Virus record (IMG/VR): IMGVR_UViG_3300027898_000001
DNA: 64,000 bases
From: a virus
Lineage: Duplodnaviria; Caudoviricetes
Reading direction: 5' to 3' (one strand)
Position numbers and translations under genes: made by a program. The notes beneath the pieces are model-generated. The model made no database searches, was not told where the DNA came from, and saw only the letters and a program-made list of their open reading frames with translations. This document shows, one piece after another, positions 27,924 to 37,168 of this stretch (position 1 is the first letter of the stretch; the number at the start of each line of letters is the position of its first letter).

Positions 27924-28253
27924 ATGAAACCAGAGTCCGGTAAAATTTACACGTTACATCAAATTCTAACTCAACTCACTTTGAAAGATAAGCCTTGCTT
28001 AACATTTTTCCATTGTGGTGCATCGTGTGTTATACAAGATAACCACGCCACTGATTTATTAGCGTTACCAAAGTGGTCTGAATCCACATGGCGTTTTATT
28101 CGCACTACACACGAATCAGTACCCGTATTCCAATTCTGGTTAACTCCTGAACTACCTATAACAGATTTGGTCGATATAGAAGATGATAAATATTATCACG
28201 ATTCTTATTGGGTAACACCTAAAGGTATGCCTTGCGAACAAACCAACAGTTAA
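27924..28253 (+). CDS. Hypothetical protein
   Basis: ORF track; AAAGGA RBS. Confidence 0.7.
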   Translation: MKPESGKIYTLHQILTQLTLKDKPCLTFFHCGASCVIQDNHATDLLALPKWSESTWRFIRTTHESVPVFQFWLTPELPITDLVDIEDDKYYHDSYWVTPKGMPCEQTNS

Positions 28254-28282
28254 TTGTTTAGAAAAGGGTTAGCTATGTCCGC

Positions 28283-28654
28283 TTGTGTGCGTTTTATATG
28301 TGGTCCCGCAGTGCTCTCCTCCGTAACTATAGGTGGTCTCCACACGTTATTGAGCACTGTGTTCAAAGATACAGTATATTCTCTATTGCACATGATTTTG
28401 CAGAAAATCTAGTACGCCATACAGATTGTGTATTGCATACTTCTACTGTGCGTTTGCTGTATGATTCTATTATAGATTTTATACATGGACTCATATTAAG
28501 TGTTTTGCAATACGCGACTCCGTCCAGTATATTACCTGTATTGGAACAAATAACGAAACTTCCTGCACCAACAGAATTGTTTTATTTTGTTGAAGCCTTG
28601 GAATTATGTGTTGAAATGAACATTCCATTAATTTTATCATCTGGAAGTATATAA
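28283..28654 (+). CDS. Hypothetical protein
   Basis: ORF track; start uncertain. Confidence 0.55.
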   Translation: MCAFYMWSRSALLRNYRWSPHVIEHCVQRYSIFSIAHDFAENLVRHTDCVLHTSTVRLLYDSIIDFIHGLILSVLQYATPSSILPVLEQITKLPAPTELFYFVEALELCVEMNIPLILSSGSI

Positions 28655-29305
28655 ATGAAACAGAAGTTTTTAAATTGGTTTTTAAAGCACGTCATTGCTT
28701 ATGTTAAACCTAAATACACCGATATTATGCTAGACATTGAAACTATAGGTACTCGTCCTGGTGATTCAGTGCTTGCAATAGGTGCAGTTGGTTTCGCACG
28801 ACCTCCACAAAAATTTGCAAAGCGAATGTGGGTACGTTTAGTAGATTGGTTGAAACTACCTTATCCGCATTTAACTAAACCATTCTATGTTACTATCAAT
28901 CGTAGTAGTAACGTCTTCCACGGACTAAATGAGGACGAGGAAACTATAACGTGGTGGACAACTAAACCAGAAGAAGCTCGCGTTATATTTGATTTTGCCG
29001 AACGTGATGGTACTACTTTGCCTTTAGCGCTAATAGCGTTTAGAGATTACTTCAATGAGTTCCCAAAAGGTTCTAAACTATGGGGATGTGGTTCTGAGTT
29101 TGATGTGCCTATATTGCGACACGCTTATTATCATTGTAGTATGGAAGAACCGTGGAAGTTCTTTAACCTAGCTTGTTACCGCACATTGAAAGGTTTCTAT
29201 CCTTCTCGTAAAATAATTCGTGAAGGCATTTACCACAACGCTCTTGATGATGCAAAGAATCAAGCAGTTCACGCTATTTGGCTTCTAAACAAATTGGGGT
29301 TATAG
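28655..29305 (+). CDS. DEDDh 3'-5' exonuclease (Rv2179c/RNase AS-like)
   Basis: IMLDIETIG, WGCGSEFDVPIL, PWKF...CYRTL, HNALDDAKNQA motifs. Confidence 0.88.
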   Translation: MKQKFLNWFLKHVIAYVKPKYTDIMLDIETIGTRPGDSVLAIGAVGFARPPQKFAKRMWVRLVDWLKLPYPHLTKPFYVTINRSSNVFHGLNEDEETITWWTTKPEEARVIFDFAERDGTTLPLALIAFRDYFNEFPKGSKLWGCGSEFDVPILRHAYYHCSMEEPWKFFNLACYRTLKGFYPSRKIIREGIYHNALDDAKNQAVHAIWLLNKLGL

Positions 29306-29308
29306 ATT

Positions 29309-29980
29309 ATGTCTGCTCTTATAGCATACACACCGTCTACTGGACCCGCAATCATAACTTTAGTTTCAGACGAGGATCTAAGAAGGTTGATAGAGTACAA
29401 ACTTCCATTTGTTTCTAAGTGGCCTAAAACTTTAAACATGTTTTTAGGTAGCAATGGGAATGAACTTGGAATGTCAAATCGTATGATTGCCGAGTTCCAT
29501 TATTTCCTATTGCATCTAATGAGTATACTGTCAAGTGAACTGCACAAAGTGCCGCAGATTCATCCAACCGATGAAGTGTATTTGTTGAACACTGTAACCA
29601 TATTATTTCACATTGTAACAACTGCGCATTTAAGTGGCGACAAAATAAGTATTGTAGGTGTGGAAGATATTGTCATATCAGATTCATTAGATATGAAAGG
29701 TGATTATGTTGGTCGCGCCTTTGTGTCGGATGTATTTACGAAATCTGGTGATACACCTATCTATATGTCTGGATGCAAGATGACGTACGGTGTAGGTCAT
29801 TTTCTTGATACTGTCGAAGTCATGCGCAATAATGAATGTGTGTATCAGGGACCAATACTTAAATTGGTACGATTTAAAGATGATATAACTGAGGTAAAAG
29901 CGAGTATGGAATTCGGTATTAATATTGATTTTCCTACAGAAGAAGGTGATGTAATATTTTTTAAAACGCAAGAAATTTAA
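29309..29980 (+). CDS. Hypothetical protein
   Basis: ORF track, 223 aa. Confidence 0.7.
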   Translation: MSALIAYTPSTGPAIITLVSDEDLRRLIEYKLPFVSKWPKTLNMFLGSNGNELGMSNRMIAEFHYFLLHLMSILSSELHKVPQIHPTDEVYLLNTVTILFHIVTTAHLSGDKISIVGVEDIVISDSLDMKGDYVGRAFVSDVFTKSGDTPIYMSGCKMTYGVGHFLDTVEVMRNNECVYQGPILKLVRFKDDITEVKASMEFGINIDFPTEEGDVIFFKTQEI

Positions 29981-30017
29981 TTCCTGATTTTTCACATAAA
30001 GTTCAATAGGTAATGGT

Positions 30018-30107
30018 ATGGCGGATAATGAAGAAGATTTTGAAGATTCTAATGAGATAGATTCGGAAGATTACGATGACGAAGATATTGATGAGGAGCA
30101 ATTATAA
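30018..30107 (+). CDS. 29-aa acidic micropeptide (not in ORF track)
   Basis: MADNEEDFEDSNEIDSEDYDDEDIDEEQL; AGGT upstream; TAATG overlap with next gene. Confidence 0.6.
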   Translation: MADNEEDFEDSNEIDSEDYDDEDIDEEQL

Positions 30108-30916
30108 TGCAACTCACTTCTGATAACGTAGTTAGTGTATTTGAAGAATGTCTTACGCAAATGGACGGCGTTGCATACATTGATGCCAAAGCCCTTCGTT
30201 TAGACGTAAAGTTTAATTCATTAAAGTTAGAGCTGCACCGTAAAGATATTATTACAATGCTTGCAGAATTACCGCAAGATTTCTGTAGTACCTCTAAAAC
30301 ACAAGGTGCCTCATTTTTAAATATGTGTATGCGCGACGATGACGTCCAATGGACAGGCACACATGCTATAATGGATATGCTTACCGCGCTTGGTCTCGCT
30401 GCAGGTTATGTTAGTTTTATTTTGCCGAGAGAAATGTGGAAGGTACTACCTGGTGGTATGCCTTACATTAGAATTGATTGTCCTACACTTAACTTAGAGA
30501 AAATTGCTATGCCAAAAGATACTGCTATAACTTTTGAAGACGAACATCCTAATCAGTTTGAGGGTCAGGATATGGAAATAGATACGGACGATGTTGCCGA
30601 AGCTGTAGAGAGTGCTATGCGCGATCAATTTCCTGATGAACCTCTCGATGATGACGAAGATGATTATGGTTACGAGGATGAAGATAATGAAAGTGACTTA
30701 AATCCAAAGCAACCACCTGCATTCATTACAGTCGATGGTGTAACGTACGGCGATACTACCGCACTCGCGGACCATACATTTGATAAAGATGTATTGGCAC
30801 TTGCAATAGCGTCGGCACCACGTTACGTATCAAACGAAACTGGTGAGCTTGTTCCTGAAAAAGAAGGTGAGTCGGATAACGGTGCACCTGATACGGAATT
30901 TAGCTTGCCTGCATAG
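30107..30916 (+). CDS. Hypothetical protein with acidic C-terminal half
   Basis: ORF track. Confidence 0.75.
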   Translation: MQLTSDNVVSVFEECLTQMDGVAYIDAKALRLDVKFNSLKLELHRKDIITMLAELPQDFCSTSKTQGASFLNMCMRDDDVQWTGTHAIMDMLTALGLAAGYVSFILPREMWKVLPGGMPYIRIDCPTLNLEKIAMPKDTAITFEDEHPNQFEGQDMEIDTDDVAEAVESAMRDQFPDEPLDDDEDDYGYEDEDNESDLNPKQPPAFITVDGVTYGDTTALADHTFDKDVLALAIASAPRYVSNETGELVPEKEGESDNGAPDTEFSLPA

Positions 30917-30917
30917 T

Positions 30918-31021
30918 TTGCATCCTGTTTTAAAATATGATATAATGAGCTATACCTATAAAGAATATCCTGTCTGCACTTTATAGGTATAGCTCATAAT
31001 CAATATTGAAATGTTTGTAAA
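30918..31021 (+). promoter_or_regulatory. Dispersed early promoter/leader element, copy 4
   Basis: TTGCAT(30918)-17 bp-TATAAT(30941); perfect 17-bp inverted repeat 30947-30963/30979-30995; AAATGTTTGTAAA at 31009-31021. Confidence 0.87.
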
Positions 31022-31055
31022 CTTTTGGAGGAGGTACGTTTTTGACGTAACTACT

Positions 31056-31178
31056 ATGAAAAACAAGCGTAAGAATTTCTTACGAAAACGTCACCGCAAA
31101 ATAGTTAAGAGTGTTAGAAAGATTGTTACTAATCGCGACCTCTTTCTATTTATGCTTTCCATAGCCTTGTTAGTGTAG
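31056..31178 (+). CDS. 40-aa cationic/hydrophobic small protein (not in ORF track)
   Basis: MKNKRKNFLRKRHRKIVKSVRKIVTNRDLFLFMLSIALLV; fills the gap after promoter element 4. Confidence 0.5.
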   Translation: MKNKRKNFLRKRHRKIVKSVRKIVTNRDLFLFMLSIALLV

Positions 31179-31187
31179 GTAATTATT

Positions 31188-31394
31188 ATGCTACGTGTAG
31201 TAGATGATGTTTACGATGGTACTGGTAATGTACGTTACGAATTCAATGATGGTAGTTCTGTAACGTGTAAAGAAATCCATTCAACACGTCCACCTAGTTT
31301 GGATCGTGTGAGTGGTGAATTCACCAAAGCTCAATGTGAGGCAGTCGTTGCGTACGGTCGCCTTAAAATAAACAACAATGAGGTTTCGCAATGA
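31188..31394 (+). CDS. Hypothetical protein
   Basis: ORF track; AGGT RBS. Confidence 0.65.
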   Translation: MLRVVDDVYDGTGNVRYEFNDGSSVTCKEIHSTRPPSLDRVSGEFTKAQCEAVVAYGRLKINNNEVSQ

Positions 31395-31654
31395 AAACTA
31401 AATACACTTGTAAAGGTTGTAGCAAGAAGATTGACCCGAAAACTTTACCTCTGAAAATGAGAGCGTACACGCCTGTTAATGCTTGTGCGTTCTCTGTGGC
31501 AGAAATCGAATGTTCTCACAAAGGTTGTGAACACCGCGAATCTGTTTTGATACCAGCTGGTACATTGTTTTCTGACGTACCTAAAATGTTGGAACGGGCT
31601 CTTGTTAATGCTCCTGTTTCACCCTCATTCACACTAGTGGTAAATGTAGCATGA
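31391..31654 (+). CDS. Small Zn-finger-like protein
   Basis: CKGC...CSHKGC; GAGGT RBS. Confidence 0.65.
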   Translation: MKTKYTCKGCSKKIDPKTLPLKMRAYTPVNACAFSVAEIECSHKGCEHRESVLIPAGTLFSDVPKMLERALVNAPVSPSFTLVVNVA

Positions 31655-32343
31655 GTAAAACAACTGTAGGCTTAAAGAACGCTTTAGAGCATACGCAGAC
31701 GGCAGCGCGAGCTGCCTTGGCAGAGCAACATAACGCCAATTCACGCAAGACAGCAATTGAATTACTGTGTGAGAAATCGGACTCTGTGGTAGCATTAGAT
31801 TCTATCTTTGCACACCTTAGTCCTAAGTTGTCTTACTTTGAAGTTGTAGAAACGCCATTAGCTAAAGAGGTTTCTCTAACGGATTTGAAAACTGTTCTTA
31901 CAGTGTCTCTAGGACAGCACAATAATCTTATTGCGCAGTTTGGCATCTTGCAGAAAATTTCGTGTTTTGAAGTTATGTGTGAGGTGTACGAACAAGACGG
32001 TGAGGCCCATATACGCTATATGCGAGTGCCGGAATGTTTAAATAGTTTTCTACCTAGCACTGTTGGTGTTATAGCTAGACTACAACTGCCTATGATAAAT
32101 ACTTTTTTCAGAGACGTTCCTACGTTTTCATACAGCGGTGGTGATTATTTTTACCACTATCTACCTATTACTAGTCTGCCTGTTGCCGTGTTAAATTTCT
32201 GCGATACCATATTTGATATGGGCACTGGTACTATTTATAAAAGTCGTAATGACTTTGCAGGTGAAACATTCAAGCAACACTTGTTTAAACTACCTGTTAA
32301 TGTTGTTAAAACCCTAAATTTAAAAACTAACAAGAGACCTTAA
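31651..32343 (+). CDS. Hypothetical protein
   Basis: ORF track; ATGA overlap. Confidence 0.7.
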   Translation: MSKTTVGLKNALEHTQTAARAALAEQHNANSRKTAIELLCEKSDSVVALDSIFAHLSPKLSYFEVVETPLAKEVSLTDLKTVLTVSLGQHNNLIAQFGILQKISCFEVMCEVYEQDGEAHIRYMRVPECLNSFLPSTVGVIARLQLPMINTFFRDVPTFSYSGGDYFYHYLPITSLPVAVLNFCDTIFDMGTGTIYKSRNDFAGETFKQHLFKLPVNVVKTLNLKTNKRP

Positions 32344-32345
32344 TC

Positions 32346-32849
32346 ATGCCTATGTCATTTCCAACACACGAATCAGTTGTTAACCGCGCTAAGCAACGTG
32401 GCTTTAGAGCTCCATGTTTTCAAGAAGACGAAGATCATTACCGCACAGCATTCGCCAATTTCATGGTAAATGTAGATCGCTTGGAGTCTAGTGAAATTCG
32501 CACAGCCTCTAGCAATTCTCAAATGAACGCTATGCACAGTGTTTTCGATTTGTTACGCAAACCAACGCTCAAATCCACTCCTCTAGTTCAAATGGAAACA
32601 GAAACGATTCCTCTGTTGAAAGAGTTTTACTTAGAAGCGGAACATGTGTGGGATAACGATGTAACTAAGTCTGAGCAATTGGATCCAGTGCGTCTGTATC
32701 ACGCTGAACTTGTTTATGCTGCTGAAAAGTTTGCATTGTTGGCGGATCAAGTTAAAGAAACTATTCGCAGATTAGAAATTGATATACAATATCAGAAAGA
32801 TATTGCGAAGGAAGAAGCCGAGAAAGAAAACACTAACAACGACATTTAA
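32346..32849 (+). CDS. Hypothetical protein
   Basis: ORF track. Confidence 0.7.
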   Translation: MPMSFPTHESVVNRAKQRGFRAPCFQEDEDHYRTAFANFMVNVDRLESSEIRTASSNSQMNAMHSVFDLLRKPTLKSTPLVQMETETIPLLKEFYLEAEHVWDNDVTKSEQLDPVRLYHAELVYAAEKFALLADQVKETIRRLEIDIQYQKDIAKEEAEKENTNNDI

Positions 32850-32865
32850 CGTAAAGGTAAATATC

Positions 32866-33210
32866 ATGCAAATATCAATAACGGTCGATACAAACAATGT
32901 TACTGATAGGCTTAATATTCCTATCACTGAATTTGAAACGATGGTTTATTCTATTCGATCATTCGCAGATATATCATTTGTTAGCAACAAACGCCGCAAA
33001 TGTGCTACCTGTGCTAAGCGCAATGTACCTATGTTAGTCTCCGCAGTTTACGCAGCAGTTAAAGATTTTATATTACATAACGACTATGAAGAAAATATCG
33101 TAGATAAAAACTTTATAAATCTAACACGATTTATGGGACTAATCCAAACAGCTCAGCTTGAAAAACAAGCGGTACACTTCAACAAAATTGCAACTAGAAA
33201 GGACGTGTAA
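32866..33210 (+). CDS. Hypothetical protein
   Basis: ORF track 32779-33210; ATG 32866 after AAAGGT. Confidence 0.65.
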   Translation: MQISITVDTNNVTDRLNIPITEFETMVYSIRSFADISFVSNKRRKCATCAKRNVPMLVSAVYAAVKDFILHNDYEENIVDKNFINLTRFMGLIQTAQLEKQAVHFNKIATRKDV

Positions 33211-33211
33211 C

Positions 33212-33931
33212 ATGTCAAAACTTTATCTCGCAATATTACCATTGTTATTGGGAACCCTCGCACTGTCTGTTTTGTGCGACTTCAACTTCACTGCACTAAT
33301 CGCTACCATTAAATCAATTGCACCGCTTGACTGGCATGCTATTGGTGTTTCAATCTTCTGCGGCAGTTTGATTGGTTGGGAACGCATGTTGCGCAAGAAA
33401 GAACTTGGTATGCGCACAAGCATCTTTATTATTCTAGGCACTTACATATTCACCGCAATATCTGTACACGTTACAGGTAGTCAAGTAGACCCAACACGTA
33501 TCATTGCACAGATAGTTTCTGGTGTAGGCTTTCTTGGTGCTGGTGTGATGTTTACGAAAGATAACAAAGTTAGCGGCCTCACTTCTGCTGCCACTATATG
33601 GTTCCTTGCCGCGTTAGGTGTATGTATTGGAATAGGTTACTTACCTGTTGCTGTAATACTTGCTACAGTAGGCGTAACTTTGTTAATAGTTATCAATGAA
33701 GTGGATGACGCTATTGTTAAGAAATCTAAAAACTTATTCTCTAGTAAACCCGTATATAGGGTGTCTGTCAAAAATAATGTTTTGATGCCTGACACCTATA
33801 TTGTGCAGCGCAAAACAATGTTTGGTATTTGGTGGCAAGTTGGCGAGGACTATGAAGAGGTAGATGGTGCCATTCGAGCAGCTTGTCGTTTACGTGCAGA
33901 TTCCCATAACAGAAAAGCAATCATAGGATAA
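33212..33931 (+). CDS. mgtC: MgtC/SapB-family membrane protein
   Basis: IGWER...GMRT...DPTRIIAQIVSGVGFLGAG...GLTSAATIW..AALG...GIG signature; ATG 33212 after AAAGGA. Confidence 0.9.
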   Translation: MSKLYLAILPLLLGTLALSVLCDFNFTALIATIKSIAPLDWHAIGVSIFCGSLIGWERMLRKKELGMRTSIFIILGTYIFTAISVHVTGSQVDPTRIIAQIVSGVGFLGAGVMFTKDNKVSGLTSAATIWFLAALGVCIGIGYLPVAVILATVGVTLLIVINEVDDAIVKKSKNLFSSKPVYRVSVKNNVLMPDTYIVQRKTMFGIWWQVGEDYEEVDGAIRAACRLRADSHNRKAIIG

Positions 33932-33935
33932 CATA

Positions 33936-34421
33936 ATGGAAAACTTACAAGATAAAATCCGCAACGTATTATCACAGTTTGATGAAGACTCGTACAACTA
34001 TGCTACAGAAGTGGCTGCACTGTGTATCACGGCAATTGCAATCGAACTAGGTGGTGGCAAGTTATATCAGTTACTCGATGGTGTGCTACCTGTATTGCAA
34101 GAAGTAGCCTCTAGTTCAAAACTCTCTAAACAATTACTTCCAGACACTGTTAAACCGAAGCAGTTCAAGCAAGACGTACAGAATTTAGCCTTGTACGTTC
34201 TTAGATTGGAATACACCAAGTTGTACTACGTGTCTAAACAATTGGACCAGTTGAAACGTCAGGTATCTACTTCCTCTGCCATGTTTGCTTCCGAAGTTGG
34301 CGTATCGGACGATATAGACAGCCGCATTATTAAAACACGACAACGCATTAAACAAATCACTACACAGTGGACTTCTCTCACTGCTGAAAAACTAACTTTA
34401 GTAGTACCTGACGAGAAATAA
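33936..34421 (+). CDS. Hypothetical protein
   Basis: ORF track. Confidence 0.7.
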   Translation: MENLQDKIRNVLSQFDEDSYNYATEVAALCITAIAIELGGGKLYQLLDGVLPVLQEVASSSKLSKQLLPDTVKPKQFKQDVQNLALYVLRLEYTKLYYVSKQLDQLKRQVSTSSAMFASEVGVSDDIDSRIIKTRQRIKQITTQWTSLTAEKLTLVVPDEK

Positions 34422-34423
34422 AA

Positions 34424-34654
34424 ATGTTTTACTACATTCAATGTTTTGTAGAATGGTTGCTGTGGGCAATTCTATTTACCGTAGCTTTATTCCCACAATA
34501 CCTTAAAATCAAAGAAACTGATAAACCTAAGATTATACTTCGGGCTGGCATACTTTGGTTTATTATGATGATTGCTATGTTGCCTATACACAAGCAACAT
34601 GTTATAGAGGAGAAGTCGCATGACCAGGCCAGTGTGGAAATTAAAAATAGTTAG
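34424..34654 (+). CDS. Small membrane protein
   Basis: Two hydrophobic segments. Confidence 0.6.
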   Translation: MFYYIQCFVEWLLWAILFTVALFPQYLKIKETDKPKIILRAGILWFIMMIAMLPIHKQHVIEEKSHDQASVEIKNS

Positions 34655-34844
34655 TAGTAACATAGAAAAAGCAGCATACCATGTTACGCAGAAAAAGTTA
34701 TCTGTTACGTTTAAGTCGGGTAAGAAGTATATTTATTCTGACGTGTCCGTGAAAGAGTTTATGGCATTTACATTAGCAGAATCTCAAGGTAAGTATTTAA
34801 ACGAATTTATCAAACCTGTGAAAGAAGTCGAGGAAATAGAATGA
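34620..34844 (+). CDS. KTSC-domain protein
   Basis: SSNIEKAAY...LSVTFKSGKKYIYSDV...AESQGKYLNEFIK. Confidence 0.85.
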   Translation: MTRPVWKLKIVSSNIEKAAYHVTQKKLSVTFKSGKKYIYSDVSVKEFMAFTLAESQGKYLNEFIKPVKEVEEIE

Positions 34845-35251
34845 CGAAAATTGTAGGTACCACAAAGTGTGATCGTAAATTAAGTCTTGCTAATCTAGTC
34901 GCCGCCAATCTGAACAGTTTAGGTTACGCTGCCTCTGTTTTACAAAATGTTACCAACTCTGCGGGTACGCACAAAGATACCTGCTTGGTAGATAGTAATC
35001 TAGGTCGTATTCATGTTACTGCCCAAAGTCAATTAAAGCCTAATGGTTTTATTGATCTTGATTTTGGTCACGACGACCAGAGCTTCACAGTAGATAAAGC
35101 CTTCTTTGCATTTGGCTATAATTCTACTGACAACACTGGAAGAACCTTTGTGTTCATGTTGAATGCGAGGCACATAGTCGGTAAAAAGAAATTGCTTGTT
35201 TCTGAAATGAAACAGTTAGCAGAAAAACAACCATTAAGTTTTATTTGTTGA
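34841..35251 (+). CDS. Hypothetical protein
   Basis: ORF track; GAGG RBS. Confidence 0.7.
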   Translation: MTKIVGTTKCDRKLSLANLVAANLNSLGYAASVLQNVTNSAGTHKDTCLVDSNLGRIHVTAQSQLKPNGFIDLDFGHDDQSFTVDKAFFAFGYNSTDNTGRTFVFMLNARHIVGKKKLLVSEMKQLAEKQPLSFIC

Positions 35252-35260
35252 GATATAATC

Positions 35261-35698
35261 ATGACCAAATTAAAACCGTTACATAAGTACGAACAAACGC
35301 CAATGGTCGAAAAGACTTCGGAATTGTTGATGCGTATCATACTGATGGAAAAAGAGAATCCGAATTTTAAAATACCGTCAGATGTTGATCCAGGATTTGG
35401 ATATAAAGTAATGAAGGCACGACTTGATGCTGTCAACATTACAGTGTATCAACCACTTATGGTATTCCTAGTAGATTTGTGTGAATCACCTGCGGATGTT
35501 GTTCTGTACGCACATTCATTACACTACATTGCTGTAAGTAAAAATAAGACACACATTAATATTGATGATGTGTGTTTCGCATACGCTAACGGTTTTCCAA
35601 ATGCAGATCAAAAGCAATTAGCGTGGGATGCTCAGAAAAGTAAAGATCGTGAGTATCCGGGTAACTTGATTGATAACTTTGACAATTGGGGTGTGTGA
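35261..35698 (+). CDS. Hypothetical protein
   Basis: ORF track. Confidence 0.7.
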   Translation: MTKLKPLHKYEQTPMVEKTSELLMRIILMEKENPNFKIPSDVDPGFGYKVMKARLDAVNITVYQPLMVFLVDLCESPADVVLYAHSLHYIAVSKNKTHINIDDVCFAYANGFPNADQKQLAWDAQKSKDREYPGNLIDNFDNWGV

Positions 35699-36129
35699 TG
35701 GACGTAAAAGAAATTTTAGCTTTGGCTGAAGAAGTTAAACTTATTGTACCATACGCGTGGCGCTACTCTGAACACTACAAGTTAGTACATGCTTCAAATC
35801 AAGGTGTTATCGAAGGTAGTAAAGAAATAGCTGCCGTAAAGTATGATGCGTTTGGTGAATACTTCGATGCTCTACAGCCTGCAAATTTAATACCGTTGTT
35901 GCAGCAAATTCCAGATAATACGGAGCGTGACAAGTTACTGAACTTGTTGCACGACCATAAACTGGATGACGACGGTGAGCACGAACTGATTCAAATGTTT
36001 GCTGCCGACTTCAAGAAACTAGTTCGATCTTATTTTCCAACAGCGATAGATGTTACGCGATTTACCGATGTTGTTAGCAGTATGCAAGATCATACTAGTT
36101 GCTTCTCTCCGTACGTTTGGAGCGACTAA
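35698..36129 (+). CDS. Hypothetical protein
   Basis: ORF track 35686-36129; TGATG coupling. Confidence 0.7.
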   Translation: MDVKEILALAEEVKLIVPYAWRYSEHYKLVHASNQGVIEGSKEIAAVKYDAFGEYFDALQPANLIPLLQQIPDNTERDKLLNLLHDHKLDDDGEHELIQMFAADFKKLVRSYFPTAIDVTRFTDVVSSMQDHTSCFSPYVWSD

Positions 36130-36389
36130 CTGTAAATAGTGTAATACATGTAATCAAATGGAGTTTTATTATGTACAGCAAGGTAGTATTAGGAAATAAA
36201 TCAAGTTTACCTCACCAATCTGCAATAGAATTTACTGTGTCTAGTTTTAGAGAACTGTTACTAACATTACATAGTATCTATTACGTGGCACCCGTTACTA
36301 TTGTGCGAGAATGTAACAGAAATGTTGTTTTACTGTCTGGACAACCCGTCGGACACATTGACACATTTCCAGCTGACTATAAAGGTTAG
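36099..36389 (+). CDS. Hypothetical protein
   Basis: ORF track; true start probably downstream (GGAG near 36160); TGTAAATA at 36131-36138. Confidence 0.55.
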   Translation: MLLSVRLERLTVNSVIHVIKWSFIMYSKVVLGNKSSLPHQSAIEFTVSSFRELLLTLHSIYYVAPVTIVRECNRNVVLLSGQPVGHIDTFPADYKG

Positions 36390-36393
36390 TAAA

Positions 36394-36840
36394 ATGGTTA
36401 AACTAAAGGGTTTGCTAAAACCTAAATACGTGCACCGTGACATTGTTGTACGTTACGACAACTTACGGTTGTTTCGTCAGTTGTGGTTACGTGATTTTAA
36501 AAAGCTAACGTGTGCACCTAATTTCTTTATTGCAGATGATGGAAGTGTTTGGGTATCTTATAATGAAGTCGAACTCAGGCAATATTGTAAGATATATAAA
36601 TTCAATCCGTATGTATCACATAAAGAATATTTGCATAGTTATTTTGATATGAATGACCGAATCGCCTGTAAGTATTATCATTCACAAGATACTGTGTTAA
36701 ATCCAAAATTCTCTGAAATCCCAAGAGACGTTTTCTATAAAAAGAATTTCGGACCTATGTCTCTATCTTCGTTCGATAGAAAACTTAGAAAAGAAATGAA
36801 AGTACAATCGGAGAAATATTATAATGACCCTATCATTTGA
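36394..36840 (+). CDS. Hypothetical protein
   Basis: ORF track 36301-36840; ATG 36394 after AAGGT. Confidence 0.65.
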   Translation: MVKLKGLLKPKYVHRDIVVRYDNLRLFRQLWLRDFKKLTCAPNFFIADDGSVWVSYNEVELRQYCKIYKFNPYVSHKEYLHSYFDMNDRIACKYYHSQDTVLNPKFSEIPRDVFYKKNFGPMSLSSFDRKLRKEMKVQSEKYYNDPII

Positions 36841-37166
36841 CGCACAGTTTGATGCGATCTTTAGAGACAACAAAGAGTTTGCCCAAACCCCGTCTGTTGT
36901 TTCATTGCCAGCAGGTAAACAAAATGCAACAGGACCATCTGTCACAGAAATGTATGACCCACAACCTAAAACCCTTTATGTTGGTCGAATTACAGAACAA
37001 TCCACGCAATACCGTGGGAATCGTAGTAAAAGTATCTAAGGCTGCAAAACCTTATGTTACTGTTATGGATTTAGATAAGCAGGCAGTTCGCATATTGCAG
37101 CTATCCAGAGTGACAAAAGTTTTGCAAGAAAAAGTATTACCATACAACATTAAAAAGAGTGAGTAA
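36824..37166 (+). pseudogene. Probable single gene split by a +1 frameshift at GGG 37016-37018
   Basis: Overlapping ORFs 36824-37039 and 36837-37166; deleting one G joins ...YVGRITEQSTQYR-GIVVKVSKAAKPYVTV... Confidence 0.45.
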
Positions 37167-37168
37167 AT

